57,530 nt of DNA from the NCBI GenBank assembly GCA_003345595.1, contig PRDI01000064.1:1-57530 (forward strand), given 5' to 3'. How positions within the stretch are numbered: position 1 is the first letter of the stretch; every line of letters begins with the position of its first letter. The DNA comes from Candidatus Thorarchaeota archaeon. Lineage in GTDB: Archaea; Asgardarchaeota; Thorarchaeia; Thorarchaeales; Thorarchaeaceae. The translations under genes and the position numbers were made by a program. Positions 29,368-39,738 of the stretch are shown piece after piece. The notes beneath the pieces are model-generated. The model did not search any database. It had not been told where the DNA came from and worked only from the letters and a program-made list of their open reading frames with translations.

Positions 29368-30024
29368 GTGAGATGGATACACAGGCGCCGGATCCGAAAG
29401 GACTCGCGGAGCATAGCACTTCTGGCTGTTTTCTCATCTATGGCTATTGTCCTTGAGATTGTGCCATGGCCCGGAGTCCTTGACATCCCTGTGCCAGGGG
29501 TGCTAGGATTCAACATCAACTGGAGCGGCATACCCGTAGTCATGGTGTTCTTCGGTCTTGGGTTCGCATACTCACTGATTTCGGTCGGAGCTATGTGGGC
29601 GGCGATAGCCTACCGCAATTTCACTGGAGCTGCGTTCAAGGGGCCGGCAGAGCTTTTTACCGTTCTAGGCCTGGTGGTGGCGAAGCTGGCGATGGCCAAG
29701 TGGAAACCCGGAAGGAAACTCTCGCTCGCAGCCTACACAGTGACTGCCTGCCTGTTCAGAGCTGTGGGCATGTATTTCACAAATATCCAGCTCCTTCCTG
29801 TATTCTATGGAATGCCGATTGAAGTAGCTGCCGTTGCGTCTACGCTCTATGTTCCTTGGAACATAGTTCAGGCAATCATCAACGTCGTTCTTGGTGGTCT
29901 GCTCTACTTCGCGATACCTGAGCGGCTTGCTACTGAAGCCGGTCTGGGTGACCAGGCAGACAGGCGTATCATCGAGGAACTGCCGCCAGACACCGCTGAC
30001 GAAGGAGCACACGCCGAGCAGTAG
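29368..30024 (+). CDS. Polytopic membrane protein, possibly an ECF-transporter S component or BioY-like vitamin transporter
   Basis: Five to six TM helices in about 190 aa with small-residue-rich helices. Weak resemblance only. Confidence 0.45.
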   Translation: MRWIHRRRIRKDSRSIALLAVFSSMAIVLEIVPWPGVLDIPVPGVLGFNINWSGIPVVMVFFGLGFAYSLISVGAMWAAIAYRNFTGAAFKGPAELFTVLGLVVAKLAMAKWKPGRKLSLAAYTVTACLFRAVGMYFTNIQLLPVFYGMPIEVAAVASTLYVPWNIVQAIINVVLGGLLYFAIPERLATEAGLGDQADRRIIEELPPDTADEGAHAEQ

Positions 30025-30038
30025 GCTAACGAAGGGAT

Positions 30039-30836
30039 GTGAGCAGAGATTTGGCCTCTTCGAAGCTTGAAATCATTCCAATAAGGGGTATTCGCATTGT
30101 CAAGATTGGCGATGATCTTCCGGCCTTGGTCGTTTCAGCGTTAGAGAAGAATGGTATCAGTCCCAAGCTCGGTGATGTCCTTATTGTCACGCACAACGTA
30201 GTGTCGATTGCGGAAGGGCGAGTGTTCTCTCACTCAAGCATAGTCCCGTCTGACAGGGCCAAGCGAATCGCTCAGGCCACAGGCCGCACCCCAGAGAAGG
30301 TCGAGGTCGCGCTTCAGGAGGCGAAGGAAGTGATTTGCGAATTGCCCGTTCTGATGACTAGAACAAAGCATGGAATCTTGACCGACTTCTCAGGTGTCGA
30401 CCAGAGCAACGCCCCACTCGCCACGTACATCGCTCTCCCGGTCGACCCTGATGGAACCGCCCATCGCATACATACTGCTGTTACAAATCACTTCGGGGTC
30501 CACCTTCCAGTCATCATCACCGACACCCACGGGAGACCATGGCGGCTTGGTGCAGTAAACATTGCGATAGGTGTTGCAGGTATGTCTCCTTTCTATAGGA
30601 ACGCAGGAAGAACGGACCTCTACGAGCGTGAACTGAAATCATCACTTGTGTGTCTGGCTGATGAATTGGCAGAGGCGGCAGAGCTTGTCATGGGCCAGGC
30701 AAATGAAGGGATTCCCGTAGCTATCATCCGGGGAGTGCAGTATGAGCCAGGTCTGGGCAATGCGACTAGTATACTTAGGAATGAATCGGATGACCTCTTC
30801 CAGAAGACTCGAGACTCATCGAAAGCCGAAGGTTAG
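30039..30836 (+). CDS. cofE: Coenzyme F420-0:L-glutamate ligase (CofE/FbiB N-domain family)
   Basis: Motifs IPIRGIRIVKIGDDLPALV, LGDVLIVTHNVVSIAEGR, DQSNAP and ITDTHGRPWRLGAVNIAIGVAG match conserved CofE blocks. Length is 265 aa. Confidence 0.75.
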   Translation: MSRDLASSKLEIIPIRGIRIVKIGDDLPALVVSALEKNGISPKLGDVLIVTHNVVSIAEGRVFSHSSIVPSDRAKRIAQATGRTPEKVEVALQEAKEVICELPVLMTRTKHGILTDFSGVDQSNAPLATYIALPVDPDGTAHRIHTAVTNHFGVHLPVIITDTHGRPWRLGAVNIAIGVAGMSPFYRNAGRTDLYERELKSSLVCLADELAEAAELVMGQANEGIPVAIIRGVQYEPGLGNATSILRNESDDLFQKTRDSSKAEG

Positions 30837-30952
30837 TTCGGTCTGCATCTTGCCGATGCAGAGGTGACAGTCGTTCTGGCTAGTGTGCTGGCCAATGTAC
30901 ACGACTGGCTTCATCACAGAAACGCTTAGATTGAACGTTATCGGGTGAGTCG

Positions 30953-31885
30953 TTGGGTATTTTAGTGGTGAGCAACTCTGGCCGTTTTACAGGCCCAATT
31001 GTCTTCTCCGCCGCAGGAATTGGACTGGCAATCATCGGGGTCACATCTTGGGCCCTACGCTTCAACCATGATAGGCCGCTGTATGATCTTGTCAGGATTG
31101 TTCCCGGCAAGGTGCCCACAGATGCACTGGCAATACTAATCGCGGTTTTGCCGATATATGCCATCTTTTTCCTCCTGCTTACCGTTCCCATTGCATCACT
31201 AATGCTGTTCTTCAACAGACTCCTGAAGGCTCCATCGTTCACGCAGAGCATAATGAAGTTAGGCGAGCAGTTCAGCGGACGCGCAATGATCAAAAGAGCC
31301 TTCATGCCGGCTTTGTTTTCACTCTCCTTTGGAGAACTGATAGTCAGCCTGCTGCCCGGTTGGTTGTTCAATGACCCGGGCATAGTGGTTGGCGGCGGCG
31401 GGACCGTAATAGAGGCCATCGCCCCTCTCATGACCACCCTCGGAGCACTAATCGTTCTGCCCGCGGCACTGGCCTTCTATGCACCAACTTGGCTTCTTAA
31501 TGACGCGGGCGTCGTGTCGCACCTGAAGCCTACGCTGCTCGAAAACCGTCGTCCTCCTGACACTGAAGGTGTCGGACGATGGTACAGCAACTTCATCAGC
31601 GGGTTCGCAATGCTCGGATTTCCCATATCAATGGCCTACCGGTACTTTTACCAAGCCTTCTTCATCATGGGTGTGCCTGTCACCCCGTTTACCGTGTTTC
31701 TGAGTGTCTTCTGGACTGTTGGTCTTCCTTTGTTGGTGGTGTCCTTCGTCGTTCCCATAGTCATGCTCAATGAGGTAATGCTAGGACGGACAACTAGGGC
31801 GATTCGGCGAGTTGCTAGATCGATGGGTGCACGTGATGTTGAGCCTGAACGGGTGAAAGAGGTTGGTCAGCAGGCTCCTCAGTGA
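30953..31885 (+). CDS. Polytopic membrane protein of unknown function
   Basis: Eight or more hydrophobic helices. The overlapping minus-strand ORF 30880..31437 was rejected. The 3' end overlaps the convergent gene by about 70 nt, so one of the two ends may be shorter. Confidence 0.5.
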   Translation: MGILVVSNSGRFTGPIVFSAAGIGLAIIGVTSWALRFNHDRPLYDLVRIVPGKVPTDALAILIAVLPIYAIFFLLLTVPIASLMLFFNRLLKAPSFTQSIMKLGEQFSGRAMIKRAFMPALFSLSFGELIVSLLPGWLFNDPGIVVGGGGTVIEAIAPLMTTLGALIVLPAALAFYAPTWLLNDAGVVSHLKPTLLENRRPPDTEGVGRWYSNFISGFAMLGFPISMAYRYFYQAFFIMGVPVTPFTVFLSVFWTVGLPLLVVSFVVPIVMLNEVMLGRTTRAIRRVARSMGARDVEPERVKEVGQQAPQ

Positions 31886-32489
31886 GTTCTCCTACGACCT
31901 GCCTCGTCTGCCAAGGGGCCGACAAGAACACAACTGACTGCGGCTTGGACTTCTTGTCCACATGGATATAGCCCGACTGCGCTAAACACTTGGCAAGCCT
32001 CTGAACCTTTGGCTTCGTCATCCTCATCTTCTTTGACAACACATCGTAAGTCGAGCGCCCTTCTGTCCTTATGACGTCGAGCAGTCTGAACTCCGGGACG
32101 GTTAACAGGGCGGACCTTAGTAACTCGTTTTCTCTGCGGAGTGAGTTCTCATCGCCAGACAAGCTTCTAGCTACGGTGTCACGCAAGTCTAGAATCTCTT
32201 CCATCAGCGAAGCTCGCTCTGATTCGAACCTGCCGATGATTCCGTTGGACGCATGAATAAGCTCAGAGCTAAGGTCACACCCAAGCCCGTCTAAGGCCTC
32301 TCGAGAAGCCATCCTCGACTCGCCTATCACGCCGGCGAGGTCGGACGAGTCAAGCCATTGATTATTGACGAGCGATCCGAGCTGAGTGAAGTATGTGTCA
32401 AGCCTCTTCATCCATTGGTCCTTGATGTCTTGAAAGACCCCGGCTATCTTGAGCGTCAATCGGGCGGCCGCGTCATCAGATTTGCTCAT
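31815..32489 (-). CDS. Coiled-coil protein with a C-terminal winged-helix DNA-binding domain
   Basis: Heptad-rich middle region. The C-terminus ...LSKKMRMTKPKVQRLAKCLAQSGYIHVDKKSKP is HTH-like. Confidence 0.45.
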   Translation of the reverse strand: MSKSDDAAARLTLKIAGVFQDIKDQWMKRLDTYFTQLGSLVNNQWLDSSDLAGVIGESRMASREALDGLGCDLSSELIHASNGIIGRFESERASLMEEILDLRDTVARSLSGDENSLRRENELLRSALLTVPEFRLLDVIRTEGRSTYDVLSKKMRMTKPKVQRLAKCLAQSGYIHVDKKSKPQSVVFLSAPWQTRQVVGELTEEPADQPLSPVQAQHHVHPSI

Positions 32490-32556
32490 TGAGATGTGTC
32501 CGTGCTTTCATTCAACATGAGTGCGTGTATCACACAGGTAAGACCGTACGGCGAGT

Positions 32557-34086
32557 TCATTCTGAGGACTTGGGCTCAGTTAGAGAGGCATTTACTGTGA
32601 GTGTGTCCAGTCTATCCACAAGGACAAAATCGAAGAGACTCCGAGTAACCCTTGACTTCGCGCCGCTGCCACCTATTCCTCTTCTTTCCCGAGTCTTCAG
32701 TCTGAAACCTGCATCAGCAAGCGCATGCGCCACTCTGTCGAGGTCGGCGACAGGTATCCTGCTCCTCCCTTCGCCCAGAGCAGACAACACAGAATGCCCA
32801 TATGACGTAAGCTTGAGGTCGCTGATGTCTGCCTGGCCTCTGTCGAGTGGAATAACCACTGATTCCATTTCTTCCTGACGGAGATGTATGATTCGGTCAG
32901 CCAACTCTGGCTCGCCGAGGGCCAGCAGAGCCTGCACATCTATGAACAGGGTAGGTCCCATTCTCTTCACCTGAGACCGAATCATCCCAATCGCGCGTTG
33001 AAGGAGAGATTCTTTGAGTTTCGAGAAGTCTGAACCGCAGTCTTCCGCGGGAATCAAGAGAGTCGGGTCTCCATCGTATCCAGACAGATAACCCAGCCCA
33101 AAACCTTCAAGCAAGCCCTTCTGAGCGTGGAACCAATGCCCCGGCGCAACTCTCGACAGAATCGCATCCAGCCGTTTCCTCAGCTGTCCAGTCCCTGCCC
33201 GCTTCGCTTCTGACTCGTAGTCATAGGCGGTCAGCTTCGAATGGTGTACACATGTCATCCATCTCAGCACTGGAGGAATTATCGCCCGAGGAGCTGAAGT
33301 GATTGGATCTCGCATTTGCAGTGCTTTTGCTGCTGCGATGTACTTGAGTGCCGGGTCAACTCTCAGCTGTACGTCGCCCCTAAGCTCAACATGAGCCAGA
33401 GTATCCAGCCAGAACAGAGGAGAGACATCGAGCGTTTCAGTTTTCGCCCGGTTGTCACTTTCATGACCAACCCGAGGGAAACATGAATCAGTCTGATCCT
33501 TTTCGCGTTGCATCCTCCCAACAATGATTCTTGACAACTGCTTGCAGTCTTGCAAGGGGTACAGGTTCAGGTTGTCTATCGGGTTACCACTGAAGTCAAG
33601 TTGGCGGACTCTTGAGCACTGTGTCAAGGGAGTGACATCGAGGGTCGTGATACCATTGTCCGACAGGTCGAGTTCTTCCAGTGATGCACAGTGACTGAGA
33701 GGCCTGAGGTCGATTGAATCCAGCCTGTTCCCTCGAAGCGAGAGTGACTGTAGTCGTGGGCAGTGTCTGAGCGGCTCTAGGTCAACGGTATTTAGACAGT
33801 TGCCGTACAGCCAAAGTAGCTCCAGATCTTGGCATCCTGCAAGTGGGCTGAGGTCCACGCGGGCAATACCTACACCACCCAGGTATATCCTGTCAGTTGG
33901 CACTTGGACTGAACTCACTTCGTTGTTGCCATGCAGTGTAGCAAGCGTAACCGTGTCCAATGGGGAAACCTCAGGCGCAGACTTCGTGGATATATCCCGT
34001 CGGGGAAAGCAGTGCGGCCAACCCGAAGAACGTACAACCAACGCGACTCGATGGCCACGACGGCAGGTGAAACCTGCTACTCTCAT
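32557..34086 (-). CDS. Leucine-rich repeat (LRR) protein with an about 300-aa C-terminal domain of unknown function
   Basis: Eight or more consecutive 22-23-aa repeats of LxxLxxCxxLxxLxLxxNxIxxIDLxP type (LEPLRHCPRLQSLSLRGNRLDSIDLRPLSHCASLEELDLSDNGITTLDVTPL...). Confidence 0.8.
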   Translation of the reverse strand: MRVAGFTCRRGHRVALVVRSSGWPHCFPRRDISTKSAPEVSPLDTVTLATLHGNNEVSSVQVPTDRIYLGGVGIARVDLSPLAGCQDLELLWLYGNCLNTVDLEPLRHCPRLQSLSLRGNRLDSIDLRPLSHCASLEELDLSDNGITTLDVTPLTQCSRVRQLDFSGNPIDNLNLYPLQDCKQLSRIIVGRMQREKDQTDSCFPRVGHESDNRAKTETLDVSPLFWLDTLAHVELRGDVQLRVDPALKYIAAAKALQMRDPITSAPRAIIPPVLRWMTCVHHSKLTAYDYESEAKRAGTGQLRKRLDAILSRVAPGHWFHAQKGLLEGFGLGYLSGYDGDPTLLIPAEDCGSDFSKLKESLLQRAIGMIRSQVKRMGPTLFIDVQALLALGEPELADRIIHLRQEEMESVVIPLDRGQADISDLKLTSYGHSVLSALGEGRSRIPVADLDRVAHALADAGFRLKTRERRGIGGSGAKSRVTRSLFDFVLVDRLDTLTVNASLTEPKSSE

Positions 34087-34174
34087 GTTCTTTTATCCTT
34101 TGACACATATCTGGATGTGGGCAGAGAACAATACTGGCCGGCATGTGTGTGTCTGATTTCGAGTTAGCGTGCGT

Positions 34175-36937
34175 CTAGTAGTCCATTGAGAGATCGAACT
34201 TGAACCTACCCGGTGAATGTGGAATATCGATCACGGTCCAAACGATATTTCCGTCCGTGTCATACTGAACCTTGCTGCCATCGATGGTTAGCCTCAGTCT
34301 TTCTGTTCGCCAACGTCTAGGCACCAGAATCCGAAGGCGAATGCTGTCTGGAGAATGAATCGCATAGGAACCCCTGATCCTGGAGTCACCAACGGCGTAC
34401 TCGAAGACCGGTGTTCGGACCTCGAATGCTGCAAAAGGAAGACCTGCAGGGAATGAGATCCCCTCAATGTCTGGCTCGACCATCATCTTGAGGAGTGCCA
34501 GCAGGTAAGTCGCATGGAGATTAAGGTTCATAACGGGGAAATCTGTGGTCGGGGTTGCGAAGTTGTAGTAGGTTTCTCCGGGTCGCTTGGAGTATGAGGC
34601 GTTGAATGCATCAGGCCCGCTCCATATTCCAGGCCACAGGTTGGGGTAAGCTTGTGAGTGGTGCTGCATTGAGTTCTTGACCAGCGACTGCCAAGCGAAC
34701 TCCCGTGAGTACATGCTGCAACCCCAAGCCAGCAAAGCACTCATGGCTGGCCATGTGCCTCCATTGACGTCGCACCCTCTCTCAAGATAACCTGCAAGAG
34801 TTCTGTAAGGGGGGTAGACAAGAAACTGACCCCAGGCCGAGGTTTCGTCGAGTCTGCGAGAAACGGTGTGAATCACGCGCTTTGCCTGTTCTTCAGACAA
34901 CACTCCAGAAATCAGAAACCAAGTCAGTGGCTCCAGAAAGATGCTCTTGTTTCCAATTGGCAAACCTGTGCCATCCCAGCCACGGTAGAACCAGTAACCG
35001 TTCCACGAATCAAGACAGGCTCCTTTCAGACTCTCACATGTTGCAGTCAGTCGCTGGGCTCGTCCCCTCTCGCCCCGCTTAGTGAGAAGCGAAGCGATTC
35101 TGGGCAGGATGTAGAGAGCAAATGCAGAGTTGAACATCGACTCCCCTTCACCGAGAAACCTGCGCCTATTCCTAACCATCGTTGAGATCCCGTCGTTCCA
35201 GTCGCCGTCGCCGGCTCGCAGAAGGCCATGCTCTCCCAGTCCGACTCGGTCCAGCAGGTAATCAAGGGCAAGAAGTATCCGCACATAAACAGACGATTCC
35301 AGTCCGGCTGACCTAGGATAGAATGGGATCCGTTTCTCTAGGAAATCGAAGTCGCGCGTCGCAAAGACATACTCTGAAAGCCCCCAGAGAAGAAAGAGGT
35401 ACAGGTCAGATGGCCTACTGTGAACAAGGGCGCCCCCCAGCATACCGTACCCCTGGGTCATGTACGCCAGCTTTCCATCAGACGTCATCATCCGCATGAC
35501 ATACTCGAGCGTCTCTCGTGCAAGGTCAGGAGCTGTGTATGTTGCAGCGATCGAGAAGAGAACCATGTCACGCGGGGCTCCCTGCAGTCCCTGCAAGTAG
35601 TAGTAAGCACCACCTTGCGGCAGGAAATGGTTCTGGAAGTACTCATCGTAGAGGGCCGAGCTTCTGAGATAGTAGGAGTGCCATTTGGTTTCCCTACTAG
35701 TCCAGTCGTAGCTAGCGTCAGCGACCTTCATGTCTACGAGGTCTTCCTTCCATGCAGTGACGCAGTCGGACAAGAGTGGAAACTGGAGTGAAGACTCGCG
35801 AATAGGCGAGAGATTATGACGATACCTCTTCACAATGTCAGAAACCGCTTCCTCGGACGCATACCCAAACAGAAAGGACTGCCTGCTCGACTCTCCGGGT
35901 TTTAGAGAAGTCTTCAGGGAAAGACTCAGGCAGGGCTGGTCTCGACGAGTGAGAGGCCGTGAGAGGGTATCATCACAATGAGTATGGTGGAGTTCAGCCA
36001 GTAGCGATTTGACCGAGGTCTGTGGTCGCACCGACGGATCACTCAGGCAACTCAGAAAGAGTGACTCTGGATAGAAGTTCGCAGAAGCTGGATTGCCGCG
36101 TGCGGGCCGCGCTCCGACATACACTGGCTTGAGCAGGACTGTGCCTTCATCCAGCGTGTACCTTGTCTGGAATGCGAATCTTGACGAATGCGAGTCTCTG
36201 ACTTGTTCAGGAGCAAAACCGATGAGATATTGTGCAGTCTTCAAAACATTGCCCATGACATTGAGCATGCGGCTTGGGCCAAACAATACTCGTTTTCGAT
36301 CAGAATAGATGAGAGAGCCAATAATGCTGCGTAGGTTTACGCCCCAATAGTCTCGGAGGATGAACTCCTTGAGAGAATCGGAGTTGTTTACTATTGCTAG
36401 TTCGGACAGGACCACGGCATCGTCCGAACGCGGTGCAAAGATCACATGATCGAGAATCAAACCATTCTTATTGGTGACCTTTCGGAAGTAGCCAGTGCCA
36501 AAGACGCGGCGCATTCCTGTAGCGTGTTTCTGGGTCGAGTACAGATCACTCCAGGAACTCAGTCCATTGCCAGCGCACTGAATGATTACGATCCCACCAA
36601 ACCCGAAGGGCCTCTTGGTGTCCCTCTTCACTAGCCACTGAGGGCCGCGAGAACCCTCCATGACCTCGACCGTACCATCATTATGTGCCAGAATGTTGAG
36701 GCGATCATTGCCCAGCTGGTGCCAATGGTCCCGTGACGAACCATAGGTTGTCGTGTAGGCCGCTTTAGGGTCTGATACGTGGTCACATGTGTATTCGTAA
36801 GCAGGAAGACCATACTCGTCTGTGAACCAGTGCCCGAAGTGGCCTCCGTCGGTCATCTTTGCGAAAAATGGCTGTACATTGGAACGTAATGAACCTTGAG
36901 TGAGGTGCATGCCTGTCATGGAACTGACGCTAACCAT
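34175..36937 (-). CDS. Glycoside phosphorylase/hydrolase with an (alpha/alpha)6-barrel, GH94-like (cellobiose/chitobiose-phosphorylase type)
   Basis: At 920 aa, it carries a GDGDWNDG motif resembling the catalytic-acid DWND block of GH94 enzymes and aromatic-rich six-hairpin segments. Family assignment is tentative. Confidence 0.55.
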   Translation of the reverse strand: MVSVSSMTGMHLTQGSLRSNVQPFFAKMTDGGHFGHWFTDEYGLPAYEYTCDHVSDPKAAYTTTYGSSRDHWHQLGNDRLNILAHNDGTVEVMEGSRGPQWLVKRDTKRPFGFGGIVIIQCAGNGLSSWSDLYSTQKHATGMRRVFGTGYFRKVTNKNGLILDHVIFAPRSDDAVVLSELAIVNNSDSLKEFILRDYWGVNLRSIIGSLIYSDRKRVLFGPSRMLNVMGNVLKTAQYLIGFAPEQVRDSHSSRFAFQTRYTLDEGTVLLKPVYVGARPARGNPASANFYPESLFLSCLSDPSVRPQTSVKSLLAELHHTHCDDTLSRPLTRRDQPCLSLSLKTSLKPGESSRQSFLFGYASEEAVSDIVKRYRHNLSPIRESSLQFPLLSDCVTAWKEDLVDMKVADASYDWTSRETKWHSYYLRSSALYDEYFQNHFLPQGGAYYYLQGLQGAPRDMVLFSIAATYTAPDLARETLEYVMRMMTSDGKLAYMTQGYGMLGGALVHSRPSDLYLFLLWGLSEYVFATRDFDFLEKRIPFYPRSAGLESSVYVRILLALDYLLDRVGLGEHGLLRAGDGDWNDGISTMVRNRRRFLGEGESMFNSAFALYILPRIASLLTKRGERGRAQRLTATCESLKGACLDSWNGYWFYRGWDGTGLPIGNKSIFLEPLTWFLISGVLSEEQAKRVIHTVSRRLDETSAWGQFLVYPPYRTLAGYLERGCDVNGGTWPAMSALLAWGCSMYSREFAWQSLVKNSMQHHSQAYPNLWPGIWSGPDAFNASYSKRPGETYYNFATPTTDFPVMNLNLHATYLLALLKMMVEPDIEGISFPAGLPFAAFEVRTPVFEYAVGDSRIRGSYAIHSPDSIRLRILVPRRWRTERLRLTIDGSKVQYDTDGNIVWTVIDIPHSPGRFKFDLSMDY

Positions 36938-36987
36938 CTAGGAATCGCAGTCATAAACGCCAACGAACCCAAAGTGATCACAGGATG

Positions 36988-38451
36988 TCAGTCCTCAATC
37001 TGAGCTAGGGCTTTGGCCAGTTTCTGCTTCTCTTCAATGCCTGCCAAACGATGGATCATGATTCGTTGCGCCTGAGGGGAGCCTGCACCATGCATCGATT
37101 CTGTCAGGTATCCTACTGCGGCTCGTCCTAATGTGAGGTTTTCAATCAACCTGAGCATCTTGATCCGATTCACTGTTTCGACGCCTTCGGCGCCAGCCAA
37201 GTACTTCTCGATTATCGTTCTGGTCTGCGGGTTGTGCAGCTCACGAGCGCTCGGACATGTCACAAACAATCCGCCAGCTATATCCTGAAGCAGGCGCGCT
37301 ATCTCGAATGGAAACCTGGTCACGTTTTGCTTGCAGACATTGGCCAAGAGAATGTCAACAAGGTAGTTACCAGCTGGGGTCTGAGTACCGCAGGCCGAGC
37401 AAGCCATGCCGCAGGCATAGAGAGTTTCGTTGAGATGAGTCATCTCTGTGATCTTGTCTCGAATGTGAGATGCTTGGAGAACGCCATTGTACTGCGCAAT
37501 CGTTGCAGCAGCGCCGATGAGAATGTCGCCAACACCGACTTTGCATCCGCCGTAGCTCTGACGATGGTAGGCGGCAAAAGACTCTACGAGACGGGGAGTG
37601 AAGGTGGTTTCGCCATCCATGAATATCCGTTCGTTGGGTACGAATACATTGTCGTAGACCACCAAGCACTCTTGTCCCCCATAGACTGGGTTCCCGCAGT
37701 CGATGTCTCCTTCTGGGCTCACGTCAAGCCGGCGCTGGTCGGAGGACTGGCGTCCGTAGTAGTACGTGATACCATGAGCGTCTGCCGGAACCGCACAACA
37801 GATAGCGTAGTCATGGTCATCCTCACGCATATTGAGTGTTGGCATTATAAGATGCCCATGAGAGTTGATGGCCCCGGTCTGATGCGCTTTGGCCCCGCGA
37901 ATCACCACACCGTCCTCGCGTCGCTGCACAACATGAACGTAGATGTCCGGGTCCACCTGCTCGGATGGGCGCTTGCTTCGATCTCCCTTAGGGTCAGTCA
38001 TTGCTCCGTCGATTGTCCAGTCCTTTCCCTCTGCAAGCTTGACATACTCGATGAATCGTTCGTGATAGTTGGTACCGTGTTTCTTGTCAATCTCGTGAGT
38101 GGTCAAGAACACCGAATTGAGAGCATCCATACCCACACATCGTTGGAAGCAAGTCCCACACTTCTGGCCAATGAGGCGGAGCATCTTCACCTTGGTCTGC
38201 AGGTCCTCAGTGCTCTGGTGGAGGTGACAGAACCGATTGATTGTGTTCCCTGTCAGGATTGATTTCGCGGTCATCAGGTCGCGATACTGGGGATCGTTGG
38301 CAAGATCATAGGTCAAAGCGACAGAGTTGATCGATGCTTTGATGATGGGGTGGTCTACTGGATTGTCGACTCTCTCCCCGTAAAGAAACACCGTGATAGG
38401 CTTCCTCTTACGAAGACTCTCTCGATAGTCGTTGCCAGTCATCAATGCCAA
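36988..38451 (-). CDS. abfD: 4-hydroxybutyryl-CoA dehydratase / vinylacetyl-CoA isomerase (AbfD family)
   Basis: At 487 aa, it has an HpaB-like fold but with the CGTCFQRC cysteine pair at the AbfD [4Fe-4S] ligand position (Cys99/Cys103 equivalent). A downstream H...CC cluster sits near the second ligand site. Confidence 0.72.
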   Translation of the reverse strand: MALMTGNDYRESLRKRKPITVFLYGERVDNPVDHPIIKASINSVALTYDLANDPQYRDLMTAKSILTGNTINRFCHLHQSTEDLQTKVKMLRLIGQKCGTCFQRCVGMDALNSVFLTTHEIDKKHGTNYHERFIEYVKLAEGKDWTIDGAMTDPKGDRSKRPSEQVDPDIYVHVVQRREDGVVIRGAKAHQTGAINSHGHLIMPTLNMREDDHDYAICCAVPADAHGITYYYGRQSSDQRRLDVSPEGDIDCGNPVYGGQECLVVYDNVFVPNERIFMDGETTFTPRLVESFAAYHRQSYGGCKVGVGDILIGAAATIAQYNGVLQASHIRDKITEMTHLNETLYACGMACSACGTQTPAGNYLVDILLANVCKQNVTRFPFEIARLLQDIAGGLFVTCPSARELHNPQTRTIIEKYLAGAEGVETVNRIKMLRLIENLTLGRAAVGYLTESMHGAGSPQAQRIMIHRLAGIEEKQKLAKALAQIED

Positions 38452-38739
38452 ATGCCATCACTTCCCATACGCCGACTGAAACGAAATAGGATTCGGGGTC
38501 CGTTTTGAACGTGATAGGTACTGCAGATGATGCTCTTTAGTGTTGCATTCTATACGTGTTCTGAACAGGCACACGAGTTGAGCTGCAATTCGACTCAGAA
38601 TCGCGGTGCAATAACGGGCCTGATTGCCTGTTTCTTTGGGGCGCCAGCAGATCTTGGGTTAACTCTCTAACCTTTTTATCCTCTGGCGTTCCTATTACTG
38701 GAGGCAGTATTCGGTTTCAGATAACAGGACGTACTGACA

Positions 38740-39738
38740 ATGGGATTCATTGTTGACTTGGCGCAAGACTGGCACGAGTACGAGAAAGCTTGGACCGCTT
38801 GCATGCAGAATCACTACTGGTTCAAAGAGCCGAGAATATTGGACTTCAGGAGAGACGAGGAGCTGGCTGAACAGGAGCAAGATTTCGGCCGCGATGACCG
38901 CGCGTTCCTGATCGCGCGGCGAGAGGGGTCTCAAGACATAGTAGGCGTCCTTGGACTAAAGGTCGCTGCACACAGTGGAGTGATAAGGCGATGGGAACCC
39001 TCTGTTGTCACCTCTGAAAGGAGTACTCGCGTCGGAGAGATTCTGCTGGCGGAGGGTCTCAAGCTGCTGGGAAAGAGAGGAGTCACGAATGTCACATCGG
39101 TGATGAAGTACCCAAAGGAGTTGGAGCGGGAAGTGAAGTGGTATGCAGACCTCTTCAAACGCCAAGGCTTCGAGATGCCAGTTCCGCCGGCTGCGCAACT
39201 CATTGCCGACCTCCGCGACTATCGAGTGGCCGAACGTTCTTCTCCAGGAGTCAAAATCGTCACCGCAGAGAAATACGATGACCAGAAACTTGCAGAGATC
39301 ACAATCAAGGCGTTTACATCAACGCCCGAAGACAAGCGGATTCACGGCCGCTATCCTAGTGTCACCGTCCCGAGTGAGGCTCTGAGGACCATCCAAGACC
39401 TGAGAGCCGGCAGACTAGGTCAAAGCCCTCCCGAGATGTGGAAAGTTGCGCTTGTCGGCAATGACGTTGCGGGAATGACCGGAGCTTTCATCCGCGTTGA
39501 GCCGTATCAACCCAAAACGGGCGTGCTCGGTCCAGTGGGCGTCCTTCCCGAGTTTAGGAAGAGAGGTATTGGATCAACCCTTGTGATATCAGCCCTCCAG
39601 AGCATGAAGAAGCAGGGTTGCGAGTATGCACTGGTCAGCACTCCTCAAGAGAACAGCGCTGGCATAGCTACGTATGTCAGAGGTGGATTCTCTGACCTCT
39701 ACAGACAGGTGACATTCGAACGAGTCCTGTCCAAGTGA
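38740..39738 (+). CDS. GNAT-family N-acetyltransferase (tandem GNAT-like halves)
   Basis: C-terminal acetyl-CoA-binding motif FRKRGIGSTLVISALQSMKKQGCEYALV (the R/Q-x-x-G-x-G/A pattern). The N-terminal half has a similar beta-alpha layout. Confidence 0.6.
   Translation: MGFIVDLAQDWHEYEKAWTACMQNHYWFKEPRILDFRRDEELAEQEQDFGRDDRAFLIARREGSQDIVGVLGLKVAAHSGVIRRWEPSVVTSERSTRVGEILLAEGLKLLGKRGVTNVTSVMKYPKELEREVKWYADLFKRQGFEMPVPPAAQLIADLRDYRVAERSSPGVKIVTAEKYDDQKLAEITIKAFTSTPEDKRIHGRYPSVTVPSEALRTIQDLRAGRLGQSPPEMWKVALVGNDVAGMTGAFIRVEPYQPKTGVLGPVGVLPEFRKRGIGSTLVISALQSMKKQGCEYALVSTPQENSAGIATYVRGGFSDLYRQVTFERVLSK

Noticed and set aside
30880-31437. 185-aa minus-strand ORF
   Set aside because: Overlaps a strongly hydrophobic, clearly polytopic plus-strand membrane protein. 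The minus-strand product is Pro/Ser-rich low complexity.
37234-38262. 342-aa plus-strand ORF
   Set aside because: Antisense to the AbfD-family gene, whose Fe-S ligand motif and length support the minus-strand frame.
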